NCBI RefSeq assembly: GCF_030028105.1
Contig: NC_092387.1
Coordinates: 44,525,590-44,589,589 of the forward strand
Source of the DNA: Mobula birostris
Lineage: Eukaryota
Length of the DNA stretch: 64,000 nt
Reading direction: 5' to 3'
The translations under genes were made by a program, and so were the position numbers. This document shows, in pieces, positions 40,001-53,236 of the stretch (position 1 is its first letter; the number at the start of each line of letters is the position of its first letter). The notes under the pieces are model-generated. The model was given only the letters and a program-made list of their open reading frames with translations. It made no database searches and was not told the DNA's origin.

Positions 40001-40067
40001 GTTTAAACAAAAGAAAAACGTGTTCTTGTTTGGGCGTTAACACTGGCTTCTTAAACCTAAGTCAACA
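37050..40067 (+). mobile_element. Decayed Ty1/Copia LTR retrotransposon, GalEa-like, internally deleted
   Basis: Order gag (KPYESWENEI..VTELEKTKQAL), integrase C-half (LERYNQMLTE, NVHGYSLYQLMFSQNP), RT (LLARGFEE, FLQG, KKCVYGL, HVDDFIWGG), RNase H (SRPDIMF, FSDSS, KSTKSVTEKRL); PPT and LTR follow. Confidence 0.88.
39850..40067 (+). repeat. Putative 3' LTR (218 bp) of the Copia element
   Basis: TGTTG...CAACA immediately after purine tract aaaagagatgggaga (39834-39848); no matching 5' LTR seen. Confidence 0.75.
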
Positions 40068-42049
40068 ATTAATCTCATAACTTTTATGAATAGGGACCTG
40101 GAGCCAGTATGGTTGAGTGGTTGACCAATTGTTAGTGCACCAATGGAGGTGAAATATGAACAGCAGGTCAAACAATAAATTGCAGAAAATTCTGTTACGT
40201 TAATTCAAGTAAATATTAATGTTGTTAAACTAGTTATACTTTAAATATTTATTATTGTCTCATTGGGAATTTGTTCTGTGAGTTGATCAATTCTGCCATT
40301 TTAAAAGTTATAGAAAGGATAAACTTTGTAAAGAAATGGATTTCCAGTTCGTGCTTAAGCTAGTTTCACATACTCAGTTGAAAATTATTTTTCTATGGTA
40401 CACTGCATATCCATTTAATTCAGACAGTCAAAATGTCTTCTGAAGTCCAGAGATCAAGAATTTTTTTATTTTTATTAGTTAAAGAAATTTCAAAATGTTT
40501 TTCAAGCTTCTTGTAAAGCTGTGAATTTTTAATGTAATATTAAAGATACACAAAAGTATGTTTTTTTAAAATTTGGAATAGTTGTAATCATATTGGTAAA
40601 TTTGATCAGAACAGTAATGTATGATATTATAATTAAAGGTGAGGAGGTTATGAAGCAAGCCTTTACTACCAGGAAGTTAAATACCAGAGGAAAAACTGGT
40701 CTTCATTTCATATTGTGAATATATTGCTTCTGATGATACCAGAACTGATTGGTTTATTTGTGTGTAATGTTGAATTGTCTCATTGACCAAAACCTGAAAA
40801 GTCAAGGTCAGATGAGAGCATTAGAGACAGAAGCAAGAGTGGGCAATTTGGCTCCTTGACTTTGCTGCACCTTTTATTAAGATTATGGCTGATCTTGTTA
40901 CTGTGATTGAAGTCACTGGAGAGATACTGGAGTTCTGGATATGAAAGTCTTCATTTATCATGCAAAATAGACATTCTTGTGGAGACACTTGTGGTAGTCT
41001 CCCAAACCCAAAGTACATCACATTCTCATACCCTTAAAATCATTAGATGATTCATTACAGTTTCAATAGTTACAATGACATCATTTACTTTGGATGGGTA
41101 ATGCTTCTTTAGAAATTGCATATCTACAGTGGGCGTCACCTCTAAATGTACAAATAGCTTGGCTGAGACAAACTAATTGCATACTTCCCTGAACTTGCAC
41201 AATGTTACAATGGTGCAAATTCCTTGAATTTTAAGGCTTAAACCAAACTTGATGCAAGGCAATTAACAAAACCCCATTGTCTTAACATTTGGCTTATGCA
41301 ACCATGATTCACGATCACCATTTTGCAAAGGTCTTTTTTTTAAATTCAGATTATTGCTTGTAATTTACAATCTATATTAAGAGCTGAATTATTATCTGCT
41401 ATATTCACATAACTCCATAATATCCCCTAACACTCTGATGTTGGCTTCAGCTCGACCTTCCTCTGTTTCCTATTATCTTTGAATCTCTTTTAGTTTGTGA
41501 ATATCTTTCTTGCCCTTGAATATATTTGAAATTGTCTTGCGTTGAGAGACAATTCCAAAGATTCAGGTTCCTCCAAGAGTAGAATTTCCTTCATTCTGTC
41601 TTATGATTCTGAAAAATACCCTCTATATGTAGATTTCCTGAATAAAACACTTTCTCATCATTCTCGCCCTTCTCAATATAGCATGTTTAATTTAGATCGC
41701 CTCTTATCCTTCTAAACTCTTGAGTGTAGCTTCAATCTGCTCATCTTTTCCTTGTAGGTCAGTCAGTCTCTTTATACTTGGAATCAACTCATCACTAGTT
41801 TTAATAAAAGATTATTTACCTGAAATTGTCCACATGTTCTTACAACCCCATGTGCTGTCTGAAGAACATTATTGTGTTATATTTTGTTCCAATACTTGCA
41901 CCCTTTCGTAGATAGAGCTCCTGAAAATGTATAAACATCCAGAGCAACTTGGAACATCAAACTAAATGATCCAGTCCAATTGCTAAGGTTATACCTCTTC
42001 CCCACCCACCCTAAACTGGCTGTAGACAAGAGGTATGACCATTCCCCTC

Positions 42050-42280
42050 AGTGCCATTTCTCTATTTATATACATATATATTTCATAAGCTCATCAATCT
42101 GCCCCTCCTATCACCCACCAACATGAGGGATAATTTACAGTAACCAATTAATTGATTATTATCTGTGAGATGGAGGAAATTATAATACCTGTGGAAACCC
42201 ACTCAGTGGTAGAAAAGGTACAAATTCCACAGACACATCACTCACGATCAGGGTGAAATCTGGATTGCTGGAGCTGTGTT
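42050..42280 (-). mobile_element. Decayed HE1/V-SINE-like fragment
   Basis: aatttacagtaaccaattaa...ggaaacccactcagtggtagaaaaggtacaaattccacagaca, similar to 42840-42940 and 48590-48740. Confidence 0.55.
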
Positions 42281-42573
42281 GCATGCAAGGAATATTGAAT
42301 CTCACCAAATTCAAATGTTGATACAGGTCTTTATCTTCAGAATTTGTTGTTTAAAACAATAATGACAACAGTGAGAGGATTTAGCAGGCAGTCTATCATT
42401 CTGTGGTATTTTCATCTTGATGGTTTAAATGTGTAATGGAAGATACTACATTCAAATCTCATGTTTGTGTTGAATGACTGCTTTTTTGGATGCAGTTAGG
42501 CATTTTAGGTTAATTAAGTATTGTGTGTGTGTATATGTAAATATAGATTAATTTAGAGATACAGAATGATAAT

Positions 42574-42794
42574 GCTGGCTGGTGGTGTAGTGGCATCAGC
42601 GCTGGACTTCGGAGCGAAGGCTCCCGAGTTCGAATCCAGCCGGCTCCCTTGCATGCTTTCCATCCGTGCTGGGTTGAGCGTCGAGTTAGCAACTTGGCCT
42701 CATAAAAATAAGAAAGCCCGTTAAAAAAACGCCGTCCTGACGGCGTCCAGATGACTCCACTCAGAGTTAAGGGGTTTCTTCTTTCTTCTTCTTC
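42574..42794 (+). mobile_element. Young tRNA(Arg-like)-derived SINE
   Basis: A box tggtgtagtgg, anticodon-like gacttcgga, B box gagttcgaatcc, (ttc)n tail, 13-bp TSD acagaatgataat (42561-42573 and 42795-42807). Confidence 0.9.
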
Positions 42795-42807
42795 ACAGAA
42801 TGATAAT

Positions 42808-42950
42808 AGGCCCTTCTGGCTCAAAGAACCCATGCCACCCAATTACACCCATGTCACCAATTAACCTATGTGTCTTTGGAATGTGGGAAGAAACAAGAGC
42901 TCCCCGGGGAAACCCATGTGGTCGAACTTCTTACAGGCAGCAATGGATTG
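42808..42950 (-). mobile_element. HE1/V-SINE-like element interrupted by the tRNA SINE
   Basis: Reverse complement of a V-SINE-like core (ttcccacattccaaagac, gggtttccccgggga). Confidence 0.65.
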
Positions 42951-43742
42951 ATTTTGATTGACCAATATCTAACATAGATGATTTGATTTTTAATTTCAGG
43001 CCTCTGGTGAATGGGTTTTTTTTAGAACAGTCCTTGTTTTCAGAAGCTTCAAAATTTCTTTGATGTGTTAATGTGAACTGCTGTTTTAAATCCTATCTCT
43101 ACAAATGTTTGTTCCAGGGGAAAATATTTTAAGTGTTATATGTGCTTACCGTCAGCTTTCCATATTTATGGTCTAAATCTTTTTAATGGTGTGAGAATGT
43201 ATGGTTCCAAAGGTCTTTTCTGAACTCTGGACTCTTTGTCCTATCTTTTTTTTCATTTCCTATTTTTTTTCTTGAGAAGTACTAACAGGCAAATTAAGTA
43301 TGTTTTACATAATGTAAATAAAGTGGGAGATTGATTCAAAGCTGTCTTTTTAGTCATTGAATTTCAGTGAACCTCTTGAAGTGCAATTCTGGAGAACCAG
43401 GTTAGGTTTTACTGGGCTTTCCCAATTCATTGTTCTGCATACCAAATTTGTAGGAGGAGGATCTGGAATTATCACAGGACTCGTGAATATTTCAAGGTTT
43501 AGGCAATATTTTTCACTAAGGTGTGAAGAAATATTACGCGAATAGAAAAGCTTTGTATTCTCTGTGCCACATGATTTTGTTGATTTTGGCAACAGATGCT
43601 TGCCCACAACACCCACAACAGTTAAAGTTTTGCTACAAGGTCATGGTTAACATTGCAGAACTTCTAACCACACCCTTTATGTCGGTGACGCCTGATCTTC
43701 ACAAATACATTACATCATTTCAACCAATACAAATATATCGGC

Positions 43743-44762
43743 AAACAACAGGAATTCTGCAGATGCTGGAAATTCAAGCAACACACATCAAAGTTGCTGG
43801 TGAACGCAGCAGGCCAGGCAGCATCTCTAGGAAGAGGTGCAGTCGACGTTTCAGGCCGAGACCCTTCGTCAGGACTAACTGAAGGAAGAGTGAGTAAGGG
43901 ATTTGAAAGTTGGAGGGGGAGGGGGAGATCCAAAATGATAGGAGAAGACAGGAGGGGGAGGGATAGAGCCAAGAGCTGGACAGATGATAGGCAAAAGGGG
44001 ATATGAGAGGATCATGGGACAGGAGGTCCGGGAAGAAAGACGGGGGGGGGGGGGACCCAGAGGATGGGCAAGAGGTATATTCAGAGGGACAGAGGGAGAA
44101 AAAGGAGAGTGAGAGAAAGAATGTGTGCATAAAAATAAGTAACAGATGGGGTACGAGGGGGAGGTGGGGCCTTAGCCGAAGTTAGAGAAGTCGATGTTCA
44201 TGCCATCAGGTTGGAGGCTACCCAGACGGAATATAAGGTGTTGTTCCTCCAACCTGAGTGTGGCTTCATCTTTACAGTAGAGGAGGCTGTGGATAGACAT
44301 GTCAGAATGGGATGTGGAATTAAAATGTGTGGCCACTGGGAGATCCTGCTTTCTCTGGTGGACAGAGTGTAGATGTTCAGCAAAGCGGTCTCCCAGTCTG
44401 CATCGGGTCTCGCCAATATATAAAAGCCCACATCGGGAACACCGGATGCAGTGTATCACCCCAGTCGACTCACAGGTGAAGTGTTGCCTCACCTGGAAGG
44501 ACTGTTTGGGGCCCTGAATGGTGGTAAGGGAGGAAGTGTAAGGGCATGTGTAGCACTTGTTCCGCTTACCCGGATAAGTGCCAGGAGGGAGATCAGTGGG
44601 GAGGGATTGGGGGGGACGAATGGACAAGGGAGTTGCATAGGGAGCGATCCCTGCAGAATGCAGAGAGAGGCGGGGAGGGAAAGATGTGCTTAGTGGTGGG
44701 ATCCCGTTGGAGGTGGCAGAAGTTACGGTGAATAATATGTTGGACCCGGAGGCTGGTGGGGT
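43743..44762 (-). mobile_element. Penelope-like element 3' ~1 kb with GIY-YIG endonuclease
   Basis: ORF 44172-44627: NKCYTC linker, GVIHCIRCSRCGLLYIGETRCRLGDRFAEH, LEEQHLIFRLGSLQPDGMN; terminal region with hammerhead. Confidence 0.93.
43840..43877 (-). ncRNA. Minimal hammerhead ribozyme motif with intact core
   Basis: - strand UAGUC-CUGACGA-A-GGGUCUCGGCCU-GAAA-CG-UC-GACUG; stem II closes with G-U. Confidence 0.75.
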
Positions 44763-45342
44763 TGTGTTTCCCTTATCTGTACTGTTATCTGTGCTGTTAT
44801 CTTTGGCTGGGAATTTTCCCTCTTGACATGAATCTTAGCTTTGTTCATAAAATGTGAAATTTAGTCCTCATGTCCTGCTGAGTTTCAGGTTTTTAAGTTG
44901 GTGCTAAAAGGAAAAAGGAAAGGATAGACTAATTATAGATATAGTTTTGCTTTGGAGTTCAATATGTTGTAAGTAAAAACATGCTGCAATAAATTTCAAA
45001 GTTTAAAGTTCAAAGTAAATTTATTATTGAAATACGTGTAGGTTACAATATACTACCTTGCAATCACACTTAAAATGTTGGAGGAACTTAGCAATCAAGC
45101 AATATCTATGGAGGAGAATAAACAGTCAACATTTCAGGGCAAGACCCTTCATCTTGAGATTCAGTTTCTTGCAGATATTTTCAGGGAAATATGAAATACA
45201 GTAGTATTTTATGAAAAGCAATACATAAAGACATACAAACTCAATGTGCAGAAGAAGACGATTGTGTAAATAAAAATAATATTGAGAGCAGGAGTTGTAA
45301 TGAGTCCTTGAATGTAAGTCTGTAGGTTGTAGAATCAATTCA

Positions 45343-46497
45343 ATAGACAATAGGTGCAGGAGTAGGCCATTCAGCCCTTCGAGCCAGCGCCACCATTCAC
45401 TGTGATCATGGCTGATCGTCCACAGTCAGTACCCTTTTCCTGTCTTCTCCTCATATCCCTTCGCTCCACTATCTTTAAGAGCTCTATCTAACTCTTTCTT
45501 GAAAGAATCCAGAGAATTAGCCTCCACTGCCTTCTGAGGCAGGGCATTCCACAGAACCACAATCCTCTGTGTGAAAAAGTTTTTCCTCAACTCCGTTCTA
45601 AATGGTCTAGCCCTTATTCTTAAACTGTGGCCTCTAGTTCTGGACTTCCCCAACATCGGGAACATGTTTCCTGCCTCTAGTGTGTCCAATCCCTTAACAA
45701 TCCTATATGTTTCAATGAGATCCCCTCTTATCCTTCTAAATTCCAGAGTATACAACCCCAGTCGCTCCAATCTTTCAACATATGACAGACCCCGCCATCC
45801 AGGGAATTAACCTTGTGAACCTACGCTGCACTCCCTCAATAGCTAAAGTGTCCTTCCTCAAATTTGGAGACCAAAACTGTACACAATATTCCAGGTGTGG
45901 TCTCACCAGGGCCCTGTACAACTGCAGAAGGACCTCTTTGCTCCTATACTCAATTCCCCTTATTATGAAGGCCAATATGCCATTAGCTTTCTTCACTGCC
46001 TACTGTACCTGCATGCTTACTTTCAGTGACTGATGAAGGACACTTAGATCTCGTTGTACTTCCCCTTTTCCTAATTTGACACCATTCAGATAGTAATTTG
46101 CCTTCCTGTTCTTGCCACCAAAGTGGATAACCTCACATTTATCCACATTAAACTGCATCTGCCATGCATCTTCCCACTCACCCAACCTGTCCAAGTCACT
46201 CTGCATTCTCATAACATCCTCCTCACATTTCACACTGTCAGCCAGCTTTGTGTCATCTGCAAATTCGCTAATGTTACTTTTAATCCCTTCATCTAAATCA
46301 TTAATGTAGATTGTAAATAGCTGCGGTCCCAGCACCGAGCCTTGCGGTACCCCACTAGTCACTGCCTACCATTCTGGAAAGGACCCGTTAATCCCTACTC
46401 TTTGTTTCCTGTCTGCCAACCAATTTTCTATTCATGTCAGTACCCTATCCCCAATACCATTTGCTCTAATTTTGTACTCTAACTTCCTATGTGGGAC
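45343..46497 (-). mobile_element. CR1 LINE 3' 1.15 kb nested in a Rex-type tail
   Basis: TSGVPQGSVLGPQLFTIYINDLD, FADDTKL, LVRPHLEYCVQFWSP, IRGDLIETY; (ctattgt)n tail. Confidence 0.93.
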
Positions 46498-48449
46498 AAT
46501 TGTGAAGTTATTATACAGACTGAGCAGTTGAATTTATTAAAGAATTGTCAGATACAAAATCAAGAGGGAAAAGCACAATTTTTTAAAATACTTTTTTAAC
46601 ATTTTGAAAACATACCAGGATTGGAGCAAGTCATTCAGGTTAACTTAATGTTATTTAATTCCATTTTGAAATATTCCTGCAAAGGAATGTTGATGCGTAC
46701 ACAGAACCAGGGTGGTTGTTATGCAGTGCATATGGTAAGTTATGCCATTACAAACTCACTTTAGTCTCCTGAAACAATGCAGCATTTCACGTAAGACTAG
46801 TTATTTAAAAGTTTAATTTGGCATTTGTTCACTGATTTTGCTCGTTTCTTTGGAGAAGGTTGCACACAGTGCAGTCTCATTAGATAATTTAAGAAGTTTA
46901 TGTTATTTTACTTGTGAAAACCCCAAATCTCCTGCTAAATTCACAGAGTACTGTAAGTAAATGCCAATAGTTTTGTCAAAAACTGGATTAATACATGCTT
47001 TCATGGGGTACCAGAGGATGGCTCAGCAAGATATCAGTATCTTCAGAACGAATTGGAGGAGGAAAATTGTGGAAGATGAACTTAATTTTTTTTGAGCCAT
47101 CTTTAGAATTTTATCTTTTAAGCTAATTTTGGTGAAATTTCAGAACAACTGAAAAATATAAGCTGTTTAGAATGATTTGTGTATCAATATATTTAGGACA
47201 ATCATATTTCTACAATTAATCTACAAATTAAAAAAGTGCTCCTTTTTCTTCCTGTTTTGGTCATCAGAAGCAAATGCCTACATTTGTGACATATTAAGTT
47301 TTAGAAAACTGGCTTGTTATTCTAAATTCAAGAACTTAGTTTCCTAAAAATGCTTAACTTTCAAGCCTTTTTTTTTGTAATAAATGTAAATCTCCTTATA
47401 GCCGCTCAACCCTTCAAGTGGTCATTTAATACTAAGGCATGTAAGAACTTCTCATTGATGTTGATGCATGTCTGGAAGTCTTCAGCTTGGAGACATGTGG
47501 AGGCTGGAACATTGGGAGCATTTAAAGAGGTAGTAACTCCATTTTTTGAGAGATTGGGGAATTTGAGAGTTGTAGGGAGCTGGCATAGAAGTGGGGATAC
47601 GGCAGATCAGAGATGACAGCACTGAATGTTTCAGGTGCCAAATCGTCAACTTCTGCTCTCATTTTCTTCTGTTGCCAGGAATGATTATTATCAGTTTATT
47701 GAAGCAAATTTATGTTAAGATTTGAATGCACCTTGGAAATAGTGCATTCCTTTGTGTATTTGAATAGATTGGTTCAGTTTTCCAAAACTTAACATGTTAT
47801 AACTGCAGTCGTTTGTTTCTGATGACAAATACTTGTGTAATGGGCATATTGCATGGCAATTAACATTGCCTTTAATCTGGTATCTATGTCCCCTCAGTTG
47901 AAAATCTCCCTTTACTGAAATTGTCTTGCCATCTACCCTGTCACGTGTTTTTAGGACAATTAGATCACTGTACTGTCCTCACACTGTTGTTGTGTGCAAA
48001 TCTAGGCAGGGAGTTAGACATCTTCTCAAAAATCACCCGACCCAGAAGCTTTCTTCGGGATTTTTAATGTGAAAACTTCATGAAACTGCAAAAATGAAAT
48101 AAAGCATGTATTAGATTCAATGCGGAATGTTTGCACGCTTGAATATACCAATATTTTTGATTATTCTCACATCAGTGTTAAACCAGGTACACATACAACA
48201 TTCTACAGCTATGCCTTGCACTAGAGTGAACTCATGGTGCAATGCAGACCTAATTTCTTTAGCCACTTATGATAGGACAACTATCTATCCCCAAGAATTA
48301 ATTGACGAATCTCTTTGAGACTGCCCCCAATGCCAGTACATCCTTTTTTTAAAATAAGAGGACCAGTACTGTACACAGTATTCCAGGTATGGTTTCAACT
48401 CCAAACCACTTGCAATAAAGATTGGTATATCATTAGTCTTCCCATGCAT

Positions 48450-48750
48450 AAGATTTAAAGATTAGTTTTATTTGTCACATGTATGTCAAAACACACAGTG
48501 AAATGAGTTGTTTGTGTCAAATCAAATCAGTGAGGATTGTGTTAGGCAGCCCGCAAGTGGTTAGGCAGCCAACATGGTATGCCCACAACTCACTAACCCT
48601 AACAATACGTCTTTGGAACGTGGGAGAAAACTAGAGAACCCAGAAGCAACTCACACAGTCACGTGGAGAACATACAAACTCCATGCAGCAGTTGGAATTG
48701 AACCCCAGTCTTACTGCTGGCACTGTAATAGCATTGTGCTACCATGCTGG
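48450..48750 (-). mobile_element. HE1/V-SINE-like fragment
   Basis: ctaaccctaacaatacgtctttggaacgtgggagaaaactagag...ggaattgaacccc (B-box-like on -). Confidence 0.6.
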
Positions 48751-50544
48751 ACTATGTCCAGAAATCTATTTTTAATCAATTGACCAACTTGTGCTTGCAT
48801 TTGGTTTATGATATTCAATTTAAATCACCTTTTTGGAATGTTGACTAGAATTACTATTTAATGGAGTTGTATTGAATGAAAGAAAGAGAATTTTTTTTTG
48901 CTGCTTAATCCATTTCCGCTGAAAAATTGAGTGTAAAGTACTGAGTCTAGAAACATAATGTTTTTTATCCTCAGTGCCATTACTTCTAAATGAACTTGTG
49001 TTAAGCAGAATTCCTGTTCTTTGATATTTATCACTGTCACAGCTGATATGTCACTGAAATGCTAGGAAGAGGAAAAAATTGTCTTTGAATTATTCAAGGT
49101 GCTGGGGATGTGTTTTCTCAGTAAGCACATAATACCTTATTACAGATTTCTTGTTGCCATTGAATTTCAGTGTGTCAGGATGAGCTGTTTAATCCAGGCA
49201 CAGGATTGTTTGTTTCCCAGAAAAAAATATGGAATTCAGGTGAAGAGTGCCAAGACCATGAAATGTTTCTGGTAGGAGTAGTTGAAGAGGATAATGTACT
49301 TATGGTGAAACAAGACAAATGCAATGATCTGCTGGTAGCTTTGGAGCATTGGTGTATAGCAAAAACACTGGCATTGATCAGTTAAATTTAAATGGCCTGT
49401 TCCTTTGCTGTGTACTTATGTAACATGGTGCTGAAACTAAACCTTGTTCTATTCTGCTTTCTCTTGGTAAAAAATTATTATGTTTTCAACTTTGAATTAG
49501 TATGCTGTATCTTCTGGTTGTTTGACAGTAATTGATATTACTTGAACTGCTGGTGCTTGCTTTGTTCAGTTGATAATTTGTGTACAGTAAGCTTCTTCAC
49601 GTGGCAATGAAAATAAATGTTTCAGGTGTTGTCTGAGTAAGTGTTGGCTTTGCACTGTATCAGAGTTGCAGCTGCGTCTATGTTGAAATCTGTGAAGTGG
49701 GATTTGAAGCCACAAGCTTCTGAAACTGCAGTTGGGTACTATCTACAGAGCCACAGCTGGCACTCTAGTTGTTGACTTAATCGATGTCAATGAAATAACA
49801 TAATTGAAAATGATAGGGCCTTTTAAGTTTTATTCATAGTAATCAATTGAAGTAATACAATTGTTGGATGACAAATTTAGGAGCTAATATTTTTTCTTGA
49901 AGGATATGATTGCAACATGTATATCTTCAGGATGATAATGAGCTGATCTGCAATATTAAAAAAAGTAGAAGTTAATAGCTTCAAATATATTCCATGTAAT
50001 ATTACCAGTGTAATACTGGGACCAAAAGTGTTAAATTTCAAGCAGACTAGTTTTATGTTCACTTGAATGTAGATTAAGGGTTGATCTAATTGAGAAGTGT
50101 AAGATGATTAAAGGATTTGATTTAGTGGGCAGATGCATCTGTGATGTGGATTAGTCTTGAGGTCCGTTGGATTTTACTCTGCTGCTAGTTCTGTCGCTGC
50201 CTGGATTGGATTTCTTGGTACATTTCAGGCTGGAGGCACTTATAAATAAGGAGGCATGAAGCCACAAAGGGATATAAACACTGAGATTTAAATTTTGAAG
50301 TTGAGATATTAGATAAAATTAAAATCAACAAGCACATCACAGATTTTATAGGTTGTAAAATGGATGGGATGAAGGATAAGCAGGAAGCTAGCAGAAAATT
50401 GGAATGTTATAGTCTTGGGAGGGCCAGGGCGTGAATGAGGATTTTCTCAGAAAGTGGGCAGTGGAAATAATGGAGGAGATGATGGGTCGGACACTCAATG
50501 TGATATTTCATATTTTTCCTCTTTAAAGCATAGTTTCTAAGGTC

Positions 50545-50880
50545 ATTATTACCCCTCAACCATCCAGCTCTTGAACCAGAGGGGAAAACTTCACTCAACT
50601 GCACTTAACCCATCACTGAACTGTTGCCACAACCTGTGGACTCACTTCCAAGGGCTCTTCATCTCATGATCTCAATATTTATTGCTTATTTATTTGTTAT
50701 TATTATATTTATTTTTGTGTTTGCTCAGTTTGTTGTCTTTTGCACACTGGTTGCCTTGTTGGTGCGGTCTTTCATTGATTCTATTATGGTTATTGGATTT
50801 ATTGAGTATGCCATTGAATCTCAGGGTTGCAATTGGTGACATATACGTACTTTCATAATAAATTTACTTTGAACTTTGAT
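50545..50880 (+). mobile_element. Rex1-type 3' UTR fragment
   Basis: tattacccctcaaccatccagctcttgaacc...aataaatttactttgaactttga. Confidence 0.7.
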
Positions 50881-51554
50881 TCAATCTGAAATCTTGAAGG
50901 GGCAAGGGTTAGGATTGTTGCCCTAACATAGTTCGTTGTGAAATCTTTCTCCTATTTCCTTATGAAATAGTAGAAACTATACTTCTGAACTGATAATCAA
51001 AAGATGGAAAGCATAAATCCCTTTAAGTGACTCAAGTCGAACAGAAACTTGGTTGTTCTTTGCTGCTTTTTGAAATAATCTAGCTTGATTTTCTCTAACT
51101 TTGTTTTATTTGTGTGCATCACAGATATTCCCTTTGTCTGATTGTCTGTACTGCCTCCTTCCCTACAACTGTAAACCATCTCTGTTTAAAATCTATTTCC
51201 TATACTGATAAAGCTGTGAAAAGAGAAACAAAGAATTTAATGATTTGGCTGCTTTTGACGACTATGGCCAATGTTATAAATCTTTATTTTGCTAGTGTAA
51301 AAGCAGTTAATACTGGTGTGTGTTATCCATTCCTGATACTCTGATGCAAGATATAAGATAAGCCATTATCTTTCTGAGTAGTCTTGAGTGGCTACATGGC
51401 TAACTCCTGTTCCTAGTTTTCATGCTTTTGAATGAGAGGAGAGTTCAGGCAAAGCTGTCAGTAGTAAGGAAAGGTGGAGATGGTGAAAATGTAAGAAACA
51501 CTCACAAAGTGTTGAGCATTATTTGTGGAAAGAGTTGCCTCTACTGCTAACACC

Positions 51555-52752
51555 CAGTCGCACTCAGATTTACTGTGATGAGTGCTTTCAGACATTCACA
51601 ATGGCTAAGATTATCTCCAAACTGAACAAGGATCTGGACCCACTGCAACTTGGCTACTGCGACAACTGGTCTACAACAGGCACAATCAAGCTGACTCTTA
51701 ACTCTGCTTTGGAGTACCTAGACATCGGCACAATGTACAATTGGCTGCTGTTTATCAATTATAGTTTGGCATTTAACACCGTTATCTCCTCTGTGTTAAT
51801 CAACAAGCTTCAAAATATAACCCTCTGTATCTCTCTCTGTAACTGGAACAACAAATTTGTCATCAGGAGACCATAGTCAGTGTGGGTTGGTAATAACATC
51901 TCCTTTCCACTGACAGCATAAGTGTACATCAAGGATGCATGCTTAGCCCACTCCTCTACTCTCTCTCTACACTCATGATAGTGGCGTAGCACAGTTCAAT
52001 TGTGATCTATAAATTTGCTGATGACTCTATTGATGTTGGTAGAATCTCAGATGGCAATGAGTAGTGAGATATTTTGGCTGGTTAAATGGTGTTGCAACAA
52101 CAACCTCACACTAAATATCAACAAGACCAAGGAATTGATTGTGGACTTTAGGAAGTGGAAGTTGAGAATACTCATTGATAAGTCAGTGTAGAAAACTTCA
52201 AGTTCCTGAACATCAACATCTCAGCGGATTCATCCTTGTCCCAACATATTAGAGCAATCACTAAGAAGGCATGACAGCAGCTCTACTTTGTTTGGAGTTT
52301 GAGGAGGTATCACTAAAGACTCTTGTAAATTTCTACAAATGCAGCATTCCGACTGGTGTTGGCACTACAGTGCGCAAGATTGAAAAAGGCTGCAGAGGTA
52401 GGCTCAGCCAACTGCATCATGGGCACAACCCTCTCCAATACTGAGGACATTTTCAAGAGGCAGTGCCTCAAAAAGGTGGCATCCATTTCTAAAGACCCTC
52501 TCTCTTCGTCACTACCATCAGGAAGTAGGTACAGAAGTCTGAAAACTCATGCTTAATAACTTAGGGGCAGCTTCTTCTCCTCTCGCCCCACTGTCAGATT
52601 TGTGAATGATCCATGACACTACTTTCTTTTTTTCCTCCACTTTTTATGTATTTTGTACTTTGTGGTAATTTTTATGCCTTGTACTCTGCTGTTGCCGTAA
52701 AACAATACATTTCATGACGTTTGTCAGTGATAATAAACCTGATTTTGATTCC
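51555..52752 (+). mobile_element. Decayed Rex1/Babar LINE
   Basis: DLDPLQLGY, LFINYSLAFNTV, IYKFADD, LPSGSRYRSLKTH; tail aataaacctgattttgattc. Confidence 0.85.
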
Positions 52753-53236
52753 ATCACATCGAAAATCCCTTGTCGGAGTTAGAAAGAGATTTATTTAAAA
52801 GAAAAAGTAGTTTTCAGTTGCAGGAAGGATGAATAGAATAAAGGGAATATCTGTGATGCAGAGACAAAGTATGTGAGTTACCTAAAGTTGGAGAATTCAT
52901 TATCATCTAGAAGGCTGTGATGTGTATAGATAGGAGATAACAAGAGATGAAATGTTCCCTTGCAAGGAATCACAGACAGGTCAAAGTGATAGGTAACCAG
53001 AAGCTCAGGGTTGCATCAAATTAAAAACAGTTGTTCCTGGAAGCAGTCCTCTGTAGAAGAGAATTTACATTTGCTTTATCTACTATAGTGGAGACTACAT
53101 TGTGTACACCAAATGTGGTACACTATGCTGGAAGAAGCCCAAGTAAATTGCTAATTCACCTGTAAAGGCTGTTTGGCTCCTGAGATGTTTGGAGGGGAAG
53201 AGGTGAAGTGCATCTAATGGGAATAGCTTCCCTCTT

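Noticed and set aside
42574-42650. tRNA gene
   Set aside because: Stems are imperfect and it is followed by a SINE body, tail and TSD.
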